Assembly: GCA_020241125.1 (NCBI GenBank)
Contig: GCA_020241125.1_4708.1
DNA from: a phage
Reading direction: 5' to 3' (one strand)
DNA length: 64,000 nucleotides
Part shown: positions 26,477-37,256 of the stretch, piece by piece
Layout of the letters: every line of letters begins with the position of its first letter
How positions within the stretch are numbered: the first letter of the stretch is position 1
Notes under the pieces: generated by a model
What the model was told of the DNA's origin: nothing
The model's database searches: none
What the model saw: only the letters and a program-made list of their open reading frames with translations
Program-made: the position numbers and the translations under genes

Positions 26477-27757
26477 ATGTATACATTGGTAAAAACTTAC
26501 GGGTTACCCGTAGGTTCTGGCACGGCCTGGACAGCGCTTGAGGCGGGTGAAAGTGTCCTGAGTACGTTGTTCTCAACGTATCAAAAACTCAAGATCCAGG
26601 TCCACGAAAGCTATGCTGACCAGCAACAAGTTATTGATCTGTACACATTTCAATCCGAGCTTCAAAACAGCAGCGATACGCTCAATGCGTGGTTGAAAGC
26701 GAAATCGGATGCGCATACCAACCTTCGTGGACAGCCTGGCGAGCTGTCGATTAAAACCCACAAGCTTTATTGTCACGACGCTATTACTGTAGGCTTTCTC
26801 CCTAAAGTCGGTAATAGTGGCTATCATCCGAGCAACGCGATCCCTGAGTCGGAACGCACTGATATCCTGTTGACGAAAGCGAATACGAATTACGAAAATA
26901 TCGGCAAACACTGCTTGTTCACCGTAGGCGGTTATGTTCATCCTCACGTCTACGGTAAAGACGTCGGTGTCTATATCCATGGTGGGTTCAAGACGGCACA
27001 GCGCAGCCAAGAAAACGATATCGGCATGATTGATTTTAGCCGTATCGGGAGTTTGGAAATCCATGCTATCACAGAAGAGATGGTTGCTGATTCCACGAAG
27101 CTCTTGCCGTATAAGGACGAGATGTACTTGCGGTTACCGCGCAAGGTCGCCGAAGATGAAACCGTCGCGCTGGTGTTCGGGGGATATTTACATCTTCTTG
27201 ACGATTGTTACACGATCGTTAGCGACACGACAGCGAAAATAAACTGCATTAACATGTTTCTCTATGAACGGTACTTCCGTTCCCGTAAATACCTTGATCT
27301 AACATCTCTTGGTATTCTGTTGAACGAAGAAGACCCACAGTCCGACATTGTTGCCAATCGTTTATTGTCCGATAAAGCATTAAAAGCGTGGGTGACGCAT
27401 CCTTGCAGTTTCTGGGTGTATATCAAAGCAACATCAATTCAGGTTACGCAAGAACCTTTACCACGAAGCGGTGTACCGGGACAGTATTTCTTAGGTAAGA
27501 AACCGGAAGGATTGATTCGGGCCGATCTCGGTGAGTTACCCGCTTACGTGCAGACCTATGAAAAACCGTTATGGGTACTTCACTCGCGCTGGGGACTTCG
27601 TAAGAACATGTTGTTTGAAAATACGTTGTACAAACATACGCGCGTTAAGCGACTTAACGATACGCCTTATCTTCACCAGGTCTGGTTGGAAACGCATGCG
27701 ACGTTGCAGACAGTACACAAGCTCGAATTGATCGATTCCAGTCAGAAAAACAAATAA
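26477..27757 (+). CDS. hypothetical protein (426 aa), plus-strand gene inside the tail module
   Basis: ATG 26477; AATATTAC element about 30 nt upstream; ends at bidirectional hairpin 27768-27799. Confidence 0.7.
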   Translation: MYTLVKTYGLPVGSGTAWTALEAGESVLSTLFSTYQKLKIQVHESYADQQQVIDLYTFQSELQNSSDTLNAWLKAKSDAHTNLRGQPGELSIKTHKLYCHDAITVGFLPKVGNSGYHPSNAIPESERTDILLTKANTNYENIGKHCLFTVGGYVHPHVYGKDVGVYIHGGFKTAQRSQENDIGMIDFSRIGSLEIHAITEEMVADSTKLLPYKDEMYLRLPRKVAEDETVALVFGGYLHLLDDCYTIVSDTTAKINCINMFLYERYFRSRKYLDLTSLGILLNEEDPQSDIVANRLLSDKALKAWVTHPCSFWVYIKATSIQVTQEPLPRSGVPGQYFLGKKPEGLIRADLGELPAYVQTYEKPLWVLHSRWGLRKNMLFENTLYKHTRVKRLNDTPYLHQVWLETHATLQTVHKLELIDSSQKNK

Positions 27758-27767
27758 CCAAACATAA

Positions 27768-27799
27768 CCCTCCTCCAACCCGTAAGGGAAGGAGGAGGG
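27768..27799. terminator. conserved hairpin, family copy 4 (bidirectional)
   Basis: CCCTCCTCC-AACCC-GTAA-GGG-AA-GGAGGAGGG between convergent genes 26477-27757 and 27809-28714. Confidence 0.7.
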
Positions 27800-27808
27800 A
27801 ATATGCTG

Positions 27809-28714
27809 TTATGCTACATATAACGTCAGATAACCGTCGATGAGCGTATTCATCACACTGAGTTGAAGTACGACAGCTTTACTACCATCTGTACGTACAC
27901 CGAACGGTAGTGTTTTGAATTGCTCTGGATCGGCTATTACTTGCGCATTCTGCAAGTTGAGCGGTCCAGGCATTGCTGACAATACCCAGCGATCGTTGAC
28001 CATAAGGCCGTCGATCTCTTCAGAGAGACCCAATTGCAGTGCGTTCATTTCTGCGATTAGTGCCTCCGATTGCGTATCGCCTGAGGTTAGCGTATACCCA
28101 TCGGTAAGCGATGCCAGAACACCAGCAGATACGAACCAGTTGTACGAAACAATAGCGCCTGGGAGTTTACTGCTATCTCGATCGATGATATAATTCAACC
28201 CAGCCAACATATTGTTGCGAACGAGGTTGTTGAGGTCATTATGTCCTGAGGTTAACTCAACAAGTAACTGACCAACCCATACTTGGTTACCGGGTTTAGG
28301 TGTTATCATAACCTGTATCGGTGACTTGGACTTATCCAGATCCGCGTCGACAATCTCGGTTTTGTTGAGAAGGATACCGTACGTCGATGCTAAGACAGGT
28401 AGGATCTCAGAGACCTTGGTTAATGCATCTAAGGTTTCGATCTCGATGGGCCAGCGGTGCTGTCCGCCAGACCAGGTACCCAGTTTACCAAGATCGATGC
28501 GGTTATAATAGATGTCGACAGAGTTCACCAACCCTGAACCCGGTTGGGGATGCACGGTTAACTTGCTGTTACGCTTGTACCATGTGCTTTCAGAAGCCTC
28601 ACCGATAACCAGTTTATCCAGCGTTACGCCTCGAGCATCGAAATCGCTATGCTTTCGAATCAGCAGAAAGAGGATTTCTTTCGATTCTAACCCCAGGATT
28701 TCACTGTACTCCAT
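27809..28714 (-). CDS. paralog-family protein (301 aa), putative tail or baseplate-associated
   Basis: AAGGGG RBS; motifs YYNRIDLGKL and DRWVL shared with 30493-31428. Confidence 0.7.
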   Translation of the reverse strand: MEYSEILGLESKEILFLLIRKHSDFDARGVTLDKLVIGEASESTWYKRNSKLTVHPQPGSGLVNSVDIYYNRIDLGKLGTWSGGQHRWPIEIETLDALTKVSEILPVLASTYGILLNKTEIVDADLDKSKSPIQVMITPKPGNQVWVGQLLVELTSGHNDLNNLVRNNMLAGLNYIIDRDSSKLPGAIVSYNWFVSAGVLASLTDGYTLTSGDTQSEALIAEMNALQLGLSEEIDGLMVNDRWVLSAMPGPLNLQNAQVIADPEQFKTLPFGVRTDGSKAVVLQLSVMNTLIDGYLTLYVA

Positions 28715-28729
28715 TTAACACCCCTTAGG

Positions 28730-29614
28730 TTACGGTAGGATTTCTGCGCCCGTCGGGCCTGCCTTACGAGCTTCCAACGCACCAAGGTCGTATTTCAACG
28801 TCAGCGTATCGTTGGTGGTAAATAGGTTGTGATAAGTCGAAATCAGATCGGTAACCTGTGCGCCTACGATTTCGTTCATGTCGAAGGCAGAACCTTGACC
28901 ATCATCAGCACGAACGATTTTGTCGCCAGCAGAGACCATCCCAATTTCAGAAATAACCGCGTACTCTTCACCACCTTCGGTGAGTTTAGCCACATTGAGG
29001 TATTCGCTGATATCCCACGGCGTCCAGACCAAAGAGACTTTACAGCTATAATCGTAGTACTCTCCGGTTGCCACCAGAATTCCTGTTGTTGGAATATCCG
29101 GTCGGGGTGGGTTGAGGTTCTTGTCGGTTGGATGCCATTCAATAGTCTGAGCAACACCATCGATGTACTTGGTATATCGCGTGGAGCGGACAACGTTATC
29201 GAAATCGATGCGACGGCCGTAATAACAGATGTACTTTTTACCGTTTTCCAGTGTCTCAATACGACGTAACCCAAATCTAGCACGTTCGTCCGTGGTTAAA
29301 TCGTTACCAACTTCACGCATCACGAAAGGTTTGATTTTCCATGGTGAAAGATCGCTTGCTTCGTGAGCGATCGGCATCGAGGAAGGGATGCCGTTAGCGT
29401 TGCGGATGAATTCGTGACCTTGGTTGCCGATACAGAAGTAACGTACAGCAGGATTACCCTCGGGGTAAACCTTTGATTGAATCTGAAGCTTTTCGTTCAA
29501 GGTGCTGTGTTCTTCCCATGCGTGAGGAAGACCGAGCGTAAGGTTAGTTTGTACTTGACCGCCGATAATCGTACGGACGATACGATCGGTAGCACGGATT
29601 TGTGTAGAAGCCAT
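28730..29614 (-). CDS. hypothetical protein (294 aa), possible paralog-family member
   Basis: AGGAAA RBS; YYGRRIDFDNV resembles the family YxDRI motif. Confidence 0.65.
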   Translation of the reverse strand: MASTQIRATDRIVRTIIGGQVQTNLTLGLPHAWEEHSTLNEKLQIQSKVYPEGNPAVRYFCIGNQGHEFIRNANGIPSSMPIAHEASDLSPWKIKPFVMREVGNDLTTDERARFGLRRIETLENGKKYICYYGRRIDFDNVVRSTRYTKYIDGVAQTIEWHPTDKNLNPPRPDIPTTGILVATGEYYDYSCKVSLVWTPWDISEYLNVAKLTEGGEEYAVISEIGMVSAGDKIVRADDGQGSAFDMNEIVGAQVTDLISTYHNLFTTNDTLTLKYDLGALEARKAGPTGAEILP

Positions 29615-29630
29615 GTCTTTTCCTATTTAA

Positions 29631-30482
29631 TCAGTTATATTGCATCAACAGGATACCGCCGTAGTTCGTGCAGTAATCTTGGCTAAGCGTAACGATAACA
29701 GCGTTAGCGAACGCAGGGTTAACAGGATAACCCTGTGCGATAAGTTCTGTTGTTTTACCGGTTGCAAGCACGGTGGCTCCGTAAAGGTTGTTTTCGTCTT
29801 CACGGCCGTTATAAACCCATGGGGTTGGCGCAACGTTGTTGAATAAGCTAACCAATGCGCTTAAGTTACCACCAACTTTTAACCCGGCGAGATCGGAACG
29901 GATAGCTGTACAGTCTATAGCGTAACTGTAGACCAATGCCTGGATACGATTTGCGGTGTAGTACGGGAAATTGAGACCGGTCATCACCGAAGTCTTCATC
30001 ATCCCCGCAATATCGTGGGCACTATCGAGGAGATAGAACGTAACACTTCCCGTCCAAGCCAATCCGGTTGTTTTCAATTCTACGGTGTGAGGGAACGGAT
30101 ACTCATCACCTCGTACGATCGGAGAATCGACGCAGCTATCCTGATCGATAACGATTCCGTACGTTGATTGAATCAGAGGGATAAGATCGTGCGTTGTTTT
30201 AACCCCAGCATCGATAGCAAGCTTCGGTTCCATTCCCAAGAAGAAGTCTTGGATAGGGATACGATCGTACCACACGTAGCTGCTTTCGCGGTATTGTGCT
30301 GGTGTTACTGTTGCCGAAGGGGATACCTTAGCGCGAGTGTTTCGGCTATACGCGTGGTTTCCGTTTTCAGCAACATCCGTGATATCAATTGCATCGAAGT
30401 TAAAGTCGAAGTCAGGATTGGCTGCCTGAATAAGTTCAGCGACCAGTACTTTAGGACTTTTGTTTAACAATTTCTGACTCAT
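29631..30482 (-). CDS. paralog-family protein (283 aa)
   Basis: AAGGA RBS; motifs VWYDRIPIQDFF and LAWTGSV. Confidence 0.7.
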   Translation of the reverse strand: MSQKLLNKSPKVLVAELIQAANPDFDFNFDAIDITDVAENGNHAYSRNTRAKVSPSATVTPAQYRESSYVWYDRIPIQDFFLGMEPKLAIDAGVKTTHDLIPLIQSTYGIVIDQDSCVDSPIVRGDEYPFPHTVELKTTGLAWTGSVTFYLLDSAHDIAGMMKTSVMTGLNFPYYTANRIQALVYSYAIDCTAIRSDLAGLKVGGNLSALVSLFNNVAPTPWVYNGREDENNLYGATVLATGKTTELIAQGYPVNPAFANAVIVTLSQDYCTNYGGILLMQYN

Positions 30483-30492
30483 TGTTTATTCC

Positions 30493-31428
30493 TTAGCCTT
30501 GTTCTTCTGGAGAACGACCCTGGAGGCTTGCGGTATGTCCGTCGACGTTGTAATAGAAAATCAATGGACCGCCGACAGCAGTACAGTAGTTTTCATCCAG
30601 ACTGATCTCGATACCGTATTGGTAACCTGCTCGTGCTGGAATACGTCCACCTAACTCGCCGTTGAAAGCCACTTTAGCGTTATACAGGTTATACGGTGCG
30701 ATGTTGTCGTCTAATACCCAACGATCGGTAGTCATTTCAGCCAGAAGATCGGCAACCACCACATCGCTAATAACGGTACCTGTTACCAGCGAAGCCAGCA
30801 GTTCACCGTAATCAGAGGTATCACGACTGTAACTGTAAATCTCACCGCTAGCGCGTACGCCTTGACCAAAGAACTTAAGACCATCCAGCTCCTTGATCGC
30901 GATAATATCATCAAGATTCGGTACACGCGACTTCATCAAGATACGAACGCTCCCCGTCCAAGCCAGGCAGTTAGATGCGACACGAAGCAATTGTCCGTTA
31001 ACAGTATCCCAGTTAAGTTCGTCGTTGACGATTTCTTCCGCGGTAAGACCAAGACCGAAACGTTCTTTGATGATAGGCCAGATATCACGCATCTTGGCGG
31101 CGTCTGGCGCATCGATAAGAATAGGCGCTACGTTACGCAGATACGCACCGATATTGATACGATCGTAATACAGCGTCGTCGAACCTTCATAATCGTCTAA
31201 CTCGGTAAGCTTAGCGGTTGCTGTCGCCGTAATCTGGGTGTCGCGCTCATAGGCGCTTTGGTTGGTGGTTGGTGTTCCTAAAACCAATAATTCAGGGGTT
31301 AGGATATGCTCTCCGTTCTGAGGTGGGTTATCGTGGTTGATAAGACCATACACGAGATCGGATGAGGGTAAAGAGACGTCGACCGGGTAAAGTTCGGTGT
31401 CGTCAATAGTTGTTACCGTATCACTCAC
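30493..31428 (-). CDS. paralog-family protein (311 aa)
   Basis: GTG start with strong GAGGAGG SD; motifs LYYDRINIGAYL, LAWTGSV, DRWVL. Confidence 0.7.
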   Translation of the reverse strand: MSDTVTTIDDTELYPVDVSLPSSDLVYGLINHDNPPQNGEHILTPELLVLGTPTTNQSAYERDTQITATATAKLTELDDYEGSTTLYYDRINIGAYLRNVAPILIDAPDAAKMRDIWPIIKERFGLGLTAEEIVNDELNWDTVNGQLLRVASNCLAWTGSVRILMKSRVPNLDDIIAIKELDGLKFFGQGVRASGEIYSYSRDTSDYGELLASLVTGTVISDVVVADLLAEMTTDRWVLDDNIAPYNLYNAKVAFNGELGGRIPARAGYQYGIEISLDENYCTAVGGPLIFYYNVDGHTASLQGRSPEEQG

Positions 31429-31487
31429 GGTGACCTCCTCGCCAGGAATTAGATAAAAAAGACTTTACGATTTGCTGCGCTATCACG

Positions 31488-33899
31488 TTAAACGTCCTCG
31501 ATAGGCAAAGGTTTAACAATCAAACGATTGAGCGGATTCGATAGACGCATACTGATAGGCTTATACGCAGCATGATTCGTCTCACTTAGAGCCACTGATC
31601 TGAAACGACCGTTCAACTGTTTGTAAATCGGTTCTATCCAGAGACCTCGAAGATCACGTTTACGGAAACGTTGTTCGAACGGTTTGATTGGGGTTACGGT
31701 TAACCCACGCAACGACTCTGATGGCAGACGCTCACGAAGGTCGCGTGGTGCCCGACCTGGGAACGGTGCAAGCCACAAACCATCGAGCGGATTTTTACGG
31801 AAACGCAACGAGACAGGATCGCTAATGACTTGTGCCCAATATTGCGTACTGAATCGAACGGTTTGGGTGTTCTCGTAACCACTACAATCACACCAGGTTG
31901 GTTTCGGAGGCGCTTCCAAACTTTCAACCGCTGATTCACGCCAGTTCGTCATCGGGTTGTTATCATGCACGAATTTGATAACTTCCGTAGCCTGGTTATC
32001 CGTATCATGAACGTTTGCCTGTGCCCAGTCTTCCCACAGTTCTTCACTACCACTTACTAAACTCGAACCGAGACGAACGGCGATTTTATTTAGTGGTTTG
32101 ATTGGGTCACTGTTGATTGTCTGGATAAAATGGATGGTGTAACTGCTCAATGTCTTAAGCAGCTGCAGCATTCCGTATTGAATATCCTTAAGACTGGTGA
32201 CATCTTCCAAATCCTGGCCGGTGGCCTTTGTGAAGATATCGAGAGCCAGAATACCCGCCTCTTCTTGACTGATTGCGTCAAGCTCCCAATCCATCGATAA
32301 GAACCATTCCTTGTAAAGCTGTCCAATACCGAAGTCGACACCAACATCCATGTAGAAGTTTTCAACGATTGCTTCAGCCATGCCTCGAGCTTGATAATGT
32401 TCTTGGAGCTGATACATGAACTGATGGCGACGCCAGCCCTGGTAAATCTCGGTAACGGCGCTCAGAAACTCTTCAGTACTGACGACAGCACGCAGCGTCA
32501 CTTGCTTATCCAAACACCACCAGATCAGTTTATCGGGAATGATAGCAGGATCGGTAATGCTACGGAGATGGTCGAATGTCGGTAGCGTTAACACCCTGAC
32601 GTGGTTAGCATGGATCTTAGGTACTTCAATCAGCGTCATGCCCATCGAATAGTTCAGCAAATACAAGAACAGCTTGTATGCATCTTTCATCGACATCGTC
32701 ATGGTATCACCCGTCACCGGGTTGGTTGTCGTTAACCGTGACTGATACATGCCTATCGCGCTAAGATGAATCCATTCGTTCAGCAGGAAATCATACTTAG
32801 GATACAGTTCACTGTCTGTAAGGTCTTCGGCTTCACTTTCCAACACCTTGGTCGTTAAGGTATTGTTGTCATGCATCGACATCTTCTCTATCGTGCGGTT
32901 AAGCTCGGTATAATACTCCGCTTCGTTATCCCGCGCTAAAGGGAACTGTTGCTGCATCACGGTGGTGACCTTACGTCTTACCGTGCCATTACCGACGATC
33001 TCTTGAAGGTTAAGCGGTTTACGCTCCATGTAAACAGCAGGTTTTAACGTCTGGGGTATCTCGGAAGCGTCTTGTTTGATCGAGAACGCACCGATTGGAA
33101 TTCCACGATCGGTTAATACCTTTTGAATGAGCTTATCGTAGTTTTCCGTTCTGCCCATGTTTCTTTCAACGTAAGCGATGTTACGATAGAACCAGAGCAT
33201 TTGGGATTCGGTCATGTATCGCTTGAATCGATCGAGACCTTGATGGCTTGCCAGATAACTCCAGATATGGAAGCTATGGGCATAATGGGTATGACAGTTT
33301 TCCCAACGAATACCTTTTATCATCTCAGGTATTTGTGTGAATAGGATGGCGTATAGCGCAGGCCAATGAAGCATATCGACGCTCTCGTATGCCGGATGTT
33401 CCCAGCGTCTGAAGTAATCGTCGATTTCTTGCTGTAAACGTGGAATAAGATTGGCCTCGCGTGACTCAACATCTTGTGTATCGTACCAGAGAATCTCATG
33501 ATTGCGTGCCGCAATTGCTTTCTCGATATCGATGGGGTTAAGGATACCCAAGATCAACATACGTTGTTCCGGGTACCGCGCAATTAAACGATTGAAATAA
33601 TCTCCACCATACGCGTACTCCCTTGCCGTCATGCGATGCCGTAACATGTTTTCCTTAGTGAACTCGATCTCTTCGAGCGTATCCAGGGAATTTACGGTCA
33701 TCATTGTCTGACAAGGATGATACTCGCCAGCGAGATTCATGTAGTATAACCACGTGCGTGGGTCGTCCCCGACGGCCATCTGGTAGACTTCGGAAACCTT
33801 GAGGTTTAACCGTTCTGCCGTGATGTCGCTTTTAATAATCAGGGTGTCCGTTAGACGCTGCACGCTTTCCGAATAAAGCTGATAGTCAGTGTTGGACAC
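31488..33899 (-). CDS. large structural-type protein (about 804 aa) with C-terminal RFRK...GLW repeats
   Basis: ORF 31488-33968 begins with TTG; GTG at 33899 has GGAGGA SD; C-terminal repeats RFRKNPLDGLWLAP and RFRKRDLRGLWIEP. Confidence 0.65.
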   Translation of the reverse strand: MSNTDYQLYSESVQRLTDTLIIKSDITAERLNLKVSEVYQMAVGDDPRTWLYYMNLAGEYHPCQTMMTVNSLDTLEEIEFTKENMLRHRMTAREYAYGGDYFNRLIARYPEQRMLILGILNPIDIEKAIAARNHEILWYDTQDVESREANLIPRLQQEIDDYFRRWEHPAYESVDMLHWPALYAILFTQIPEMIKGIRWENCHTHYAHSFHIWSYLASHQGLDRFKRYMTESQMLWFYRNIAYVERNMGRTENYDKLIQKVLTDRGIPIGAFSIKQDASEIPQTLKPAVYMERKPLNLQEIVGNGTVRRKVTTVMQQQFPLARDNEAEYYTELNRTIEKMSMHDNNTLTTKVLESEAEDLTDSELYPKYDFLLNEWIHLSAIGMYQSRLTTTNPVTGDTMTMSMKDAYKLFLYLLNYSMGMTLIEVPKIHANHVRVLTLPTFDHLRSITDPAIIPDKLIWWCLDKQVTLRAVVSTEEFLSAVTEIYQGWRRHQFMYQLQEHYQARGMAEAIVENFYMDVGVDFGIGQLYKEWFLSMDWELDAISQEEAGILALDIFTKATGQDLEDVTSLKDIQYGMLQLLKTLSSYTIHFIQTINSDPIKPLNKIAVRLGSSLVSGSEELWEDWAQANVHDTDNQATEVIKFVHDNNPMTNWRESAVESLEAPPKPTWCDCSGYENTQTVRFSTQYWAQVISDPVSLRFRKNPLDGLWLAPFPGRAPRDLRERLPSESLRGLTVTPIKPFEQRFRKRDLRGLWIEPIYKQLNGRFRSVALSETNHAAYKPISMRLSNPLNRLIVKPLPIEDV

Positions 33900-33926
33900 G
33901 ATCGGTCCTCCAAGGAGCCAGTGTAA

Positions 33927-36836
33927 ATGAACGATATAAATAAAGGGCGCGTCGCCCTCGAACGTCAAATGAGCAATAATGACGTTGCGAAGGCACTCAT
34001 GAACAAATTTGTCGCTCCTGCTCCGCAGTCACGTCTTTATAATACACGTGATGCGGAAGGAGCGAACGGTCGTTTCGGGTTAGTTGTTCCCGACCAAATG
34101 ACGATGAACACGGTTACGCGTGCGACCGCGACAAACATCGAGGATAATAAAAACATCCTCGAGCTGTTCCCTGAACTTAAACGCGTGATGCAGATCTATG
34201 TTGCCGCGTTGACGAACCCTAACGATCTTAAGACGGTCGAGATGTTTATCGACAGCGAAGATTTCCCCGGCAGAGTCGCAGAAATCGTTCAGCCGATGAT
34301 CGATACCATCGACACGCATTTTAAGAATATCTATAAAATAAAGACGCTTATCCCTCGTATCATCGAAGACGTCTTCTTTATCAAGGGCAGTTATAACTTC
34401 GTTGTTCTGCCGGAAAGCACGCTCGACCGCGCCATTAATGGTAACGGTCAACTGAAACTTGAAGAATACGGATTTAAAGACAACCATTTTGCAAGTTGGG
34501 GGCTTCTAGGTAACGACAGTCGCAAACGCCACGAAAATCAATTACCTGCGACGGTTTCGATGGAAGATTATTTCTCGGGTGTTAATGAAACCATACCGTA
34601 CGATCCTGTTGTTCGCATAGACAGCATCAAGTTTACCAATACCCTGCTTCGCGATAAGGACGGTAAATTCATTGAAGCGAAGATCGATATTCCGGATATG
34701 GTTACGGTTGTCGATAACCCAGACATCCTCCGCATGCCTATTCTGCATCAACGTCGAGCAGCGACAGCAGTGCAGCGTGCGTTACGCGCAAACACGTTAG
34801 GAGGTAGTGGTTTGGTAACGCTGTCAGGCGATCCGACCCTAACCGCTAACCGACGTGAGCTGTCGCAAGAACAGGTTAACGAGATCTGGAATAAGCTCAA
34901 CATCCAGCGCCACACCAAGGTATCGCCCGTTTACGCGCTGGCAACCCCAGATACGCTTGATCGTCAAAGCGTTGGCCATCCTGGCGTGATGCATGTACCA
35001 CCTGAGGCATTAGAACCCGTACATGCGCCCGGTGATCCTGAGAACCATATCGGGTATTTGGTTCAGTTGGATGAGTTTGGTTATCCAGTACGTTTGGTTG
35101 AAGATGCGGCGTATTACAAGCAGTTGGAAGGTCGGTTGTCGAAGATCACCGCAGATATCGCAGGTACGTCAAGCAACGGCATGGCGAGCGAGATGATTGG
35201 TGCAGCCAAGAACATGATCCAAGGTACGTCATGTAATCAGGTAGACATGTCGGCCTTCGTATCATCGTACGAATCGCTGATGCAACGTTACATTGTCGAA
35301 CGTATCGTTAACGGTTATCTTGGCAGTGCGGTGGAGATCGGTGCGACATCATCGTTTTATCTGTCGATGCTTGCTCGTAGCCTCGCTCACAAGCAGACCC
35401 GTGTTTTGTTTATTCCTCGAGAGATGGTGACTTACATCGCCTATGAATACAACAAATACGGTATCGGTCGTTCGCTGCTTGAAAGTACGAAGATGATCTC
35501 ATCGCAACGAGCCATGCTCATGGTTCAAGAACTGATGGCGAAAATCAAAAGTTCGTTGAACTATACGACGCTAAGCGTAATGCTTGAAGACACCGACAGA
35601 AACCCGGTCGATACCGTCGAACAAGCACTGCATAGTTTCGCTCGTGTCTACCAGTCTGGTTTCCCGTTGGGTGAAACTAACCCGATGGATATCATCAACG
35701 CGTACGAACGAAGCTCGATTCGATTGAAGGTTGAGGGGAATAACCCACGCTTCCCGAAATTGAATACAGACGTCAGTGTTGAGCAGCGTAACTATCAGTC
35801 TCCTGATAATGAGCTGATGGATCGTTACCGTCGTGACCATTTCATGGGCTTGGGTGTGTCTCCGGAGATTATCGATACTTCCTACCAATCTGAATTCGCA
35901 GCTTCTGTGATTACAGCTAACGCGATGCAAGAGAAACAGTTCACGGTTTGTCGTGAGGTGATCACGAATGGGTTATCGGACCACATCAAGAAATATACGG
36001 CATACAGTCCCGTGTTGTTGACGTCGTTACGAAACACGGTTCGTGCGAACATGTCTAAGCTTTCCCAGGCACAATTGAAGCAGCTTTTTGGTAGCGATTT
36101 CGAAAACGGTGTTATCCGTAACGTTAACGCCTATCAGGAGATTGACGACCAATCAGCAACAATGGATCTGGATTACACTAAACCAGAAGTCCAGGAAGTT
36201 ATTGCCGATGCTTATGTGTCCATGTTCTTAAACAGCCTGCGTGTGCGTTTACCGGATAGCAATGCCCGTCGCCTTGAAGATCAGGTACGTGAATATAATC
36301 AGTACAAGGAAGCGATTACTGCGCAACTTGATGATTATTTAACGCCTGATTACGTCATGGGTCTGGGTGGGGTTGATGAAACAACGCTGCAGATGATCCG
36401 CGCATGCATTATTGGTACCGCGATGCGTACGTGGGCAAAAGAGAACAACTTCAATCAGGAGCTGGCTGATCTCTTCAGTCTTGACGATAAGAAGAATGCC
36501 GTGCAAGATTGGAAACGTATGTCCATGGAACATATTGAAGTCATGGGTAAATGCATGGGTGATTTTGCATTGTATATTCAGAATCTGACGAAGAAGATTG
36601 AAGAGAAGATGGGAGCTCAAGCACAGGACGGTAGCGTTTCATCTGATGGTTCGTGGTCATCCGATTCAAGTAGCGATACCGGTTCTTCTGATGACTTCGG
36701 TGGCGGTGACGATTTCGGAGATACCGATTTCGATACCGAAACGATGGAGGAAACCTCAACAGAAGAAACAACCACATCTGAGGAAACGACTACCGACACA
36801 ACGTCAGAAGACGATACTTCAGGTGACATTGTCTAA
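33927..36836 (+). CDS. large protein (969 aa) with acidic S/D/T/E-rich C-terminal tail
   Basis: ATG 33927 with AAGGAG RBS; last about 110 residues low-complexity acidic; ends before hairpin 36868-36902. Confidence 0.75.
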   Translation: MNDINKGRVALERQMSNNDVAKALMNKFVAPAPQSRLYNTRDAEGANGRFGLVVPDQMTMNTVTRATATNIEDNKNILELFPELKRVMQIYVAALTNPNDLKTVEMFIDSEDFPGRVAEIVQPMIDTIDTHFKNIYKIKTLIPRIIEDVFFIKGSYNFVVLPESTLDRAINGNGQLKLEEYGFKDNHFASWGLLGNDSRKRHENQLPATVSMEDYFSGVNETIPYDPVVRIDSIKFTNTLLRDKDGKFIEAKIDIPDMVTVVDNPDILRMPILHQRRAATAVQRALRANTLGGSGLVTLSGDPTLTANRRELSQEQVNEIWNKLNIQRHTKVSPVYALATPDTLDRQSVGHPGVMHVPPEALEPVHAPGDPENHIGYLVQLDEFGYPVRLVEDAAYYKQLEGRLSKITADIAGTSSNGMASEMIGAAKNMIQGTSCNQVDMSAFVSSYESLMQRYIVERIVNGYLGSAVEIGATSSFYLSMLARSLAHKQTRVLFIPREMVTYIAYEYNKYGIGRSLLESTKMISSQRAMLMVQELMAKIKSSLNYTTLSVMLEDTDRNPVDTVEQALHSFARVYQSGFPLGETNPMDIINAYERSSIRLKVEGNNPRFPKLNTDVSVEQRNYQSPDNELMDRYRRDHFMGLGVSPEIIDTSYQSEFAASVITANAMQEKQFTVCREVITNGLSDHIKKYTAYSPVLLTSLRNTVRANMSKLSQAQLKQLFGSDFENGVIRNVNAYQEIDDQSATMDLDYTKPEVQEVIADAYVSMFLNSLRVRLPDSNARRLEDQVREYNQYKEAITAQLDDYLTPDYVMGLGGVDETTLQMIRACIIGTAMRTWAKENNFNQELADLFSLDDKKNAVQDWKRMSMEHIEVMGKCMGDFALYIQNLTKKIEEKMGAQAQDGSVSSDGSWSSDSSSDTGSSDDFGGGDDFGDTDFDTETMEETSTEETTTSEETTTDTTSEDDTSGDIV

Positions 36837-36867
36837 ACGGATGTAAAAAAAAATAACACATAGTTAA

Positions 36868-36902
36868 CCTTCTCCCCAACCCGATGAGGGAAGGGGAGAA
36901 GG
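36868..36902. terminator. conserved hairpin, family copy 5
   Basis: CCTTCTCCCC-AACCC-GATGA-GGG-AA-GGGGAGAAGG with perfect 10-bp outer stem; A9 run at 36847-36855. Confidence 0.7.
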
Positions 36903-36922
36903 GCTATGCGCTATTTAATTTA

Positions 36923-37195
36923 TTACGAGGTTAACCACGATTCAATTGTGGTGAGTTTGCTTCTCAGTACGCGCCAACTAGGGTGTGGTGGGATCACAGC
37001 GCCTTTGTCGATTACGGTTAGCTGAACCTGGTACTTCTGTTGCATACGCGCTACCGTGTCGCTTATCGAGAGGAAAAGCTGGTAACGTTCATATGCCGTC
37101 AGTTCACTGTCCTGTTGAACTGCGTTGGCCGCTAACGTAATTTCGCGTAAGTCCTTTGCATCCACAGAGACGGTAATGAGTTTATATTGACTCAT
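36923..37195 (-). CDS. hypothetical protein (90 aa)
   Basis: ATG 37195 with AAGGAAA RBS. Confidence 0.55.
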   Translation of the reverse strand: MSQYKLITVSVDAKDLREITLAANAVQQDSELTAYERYQLFLSISDTVARMQQKYQVQLTVIDKGAVIPPHPSWRVLRSKLTTIESWLTS

Positions 37196-37256
37196 ACGGT
37201 TTCCTTATCAACTAGGGTATTGCAAATACAATACCCACCGTCGGACGATAAGTTAA

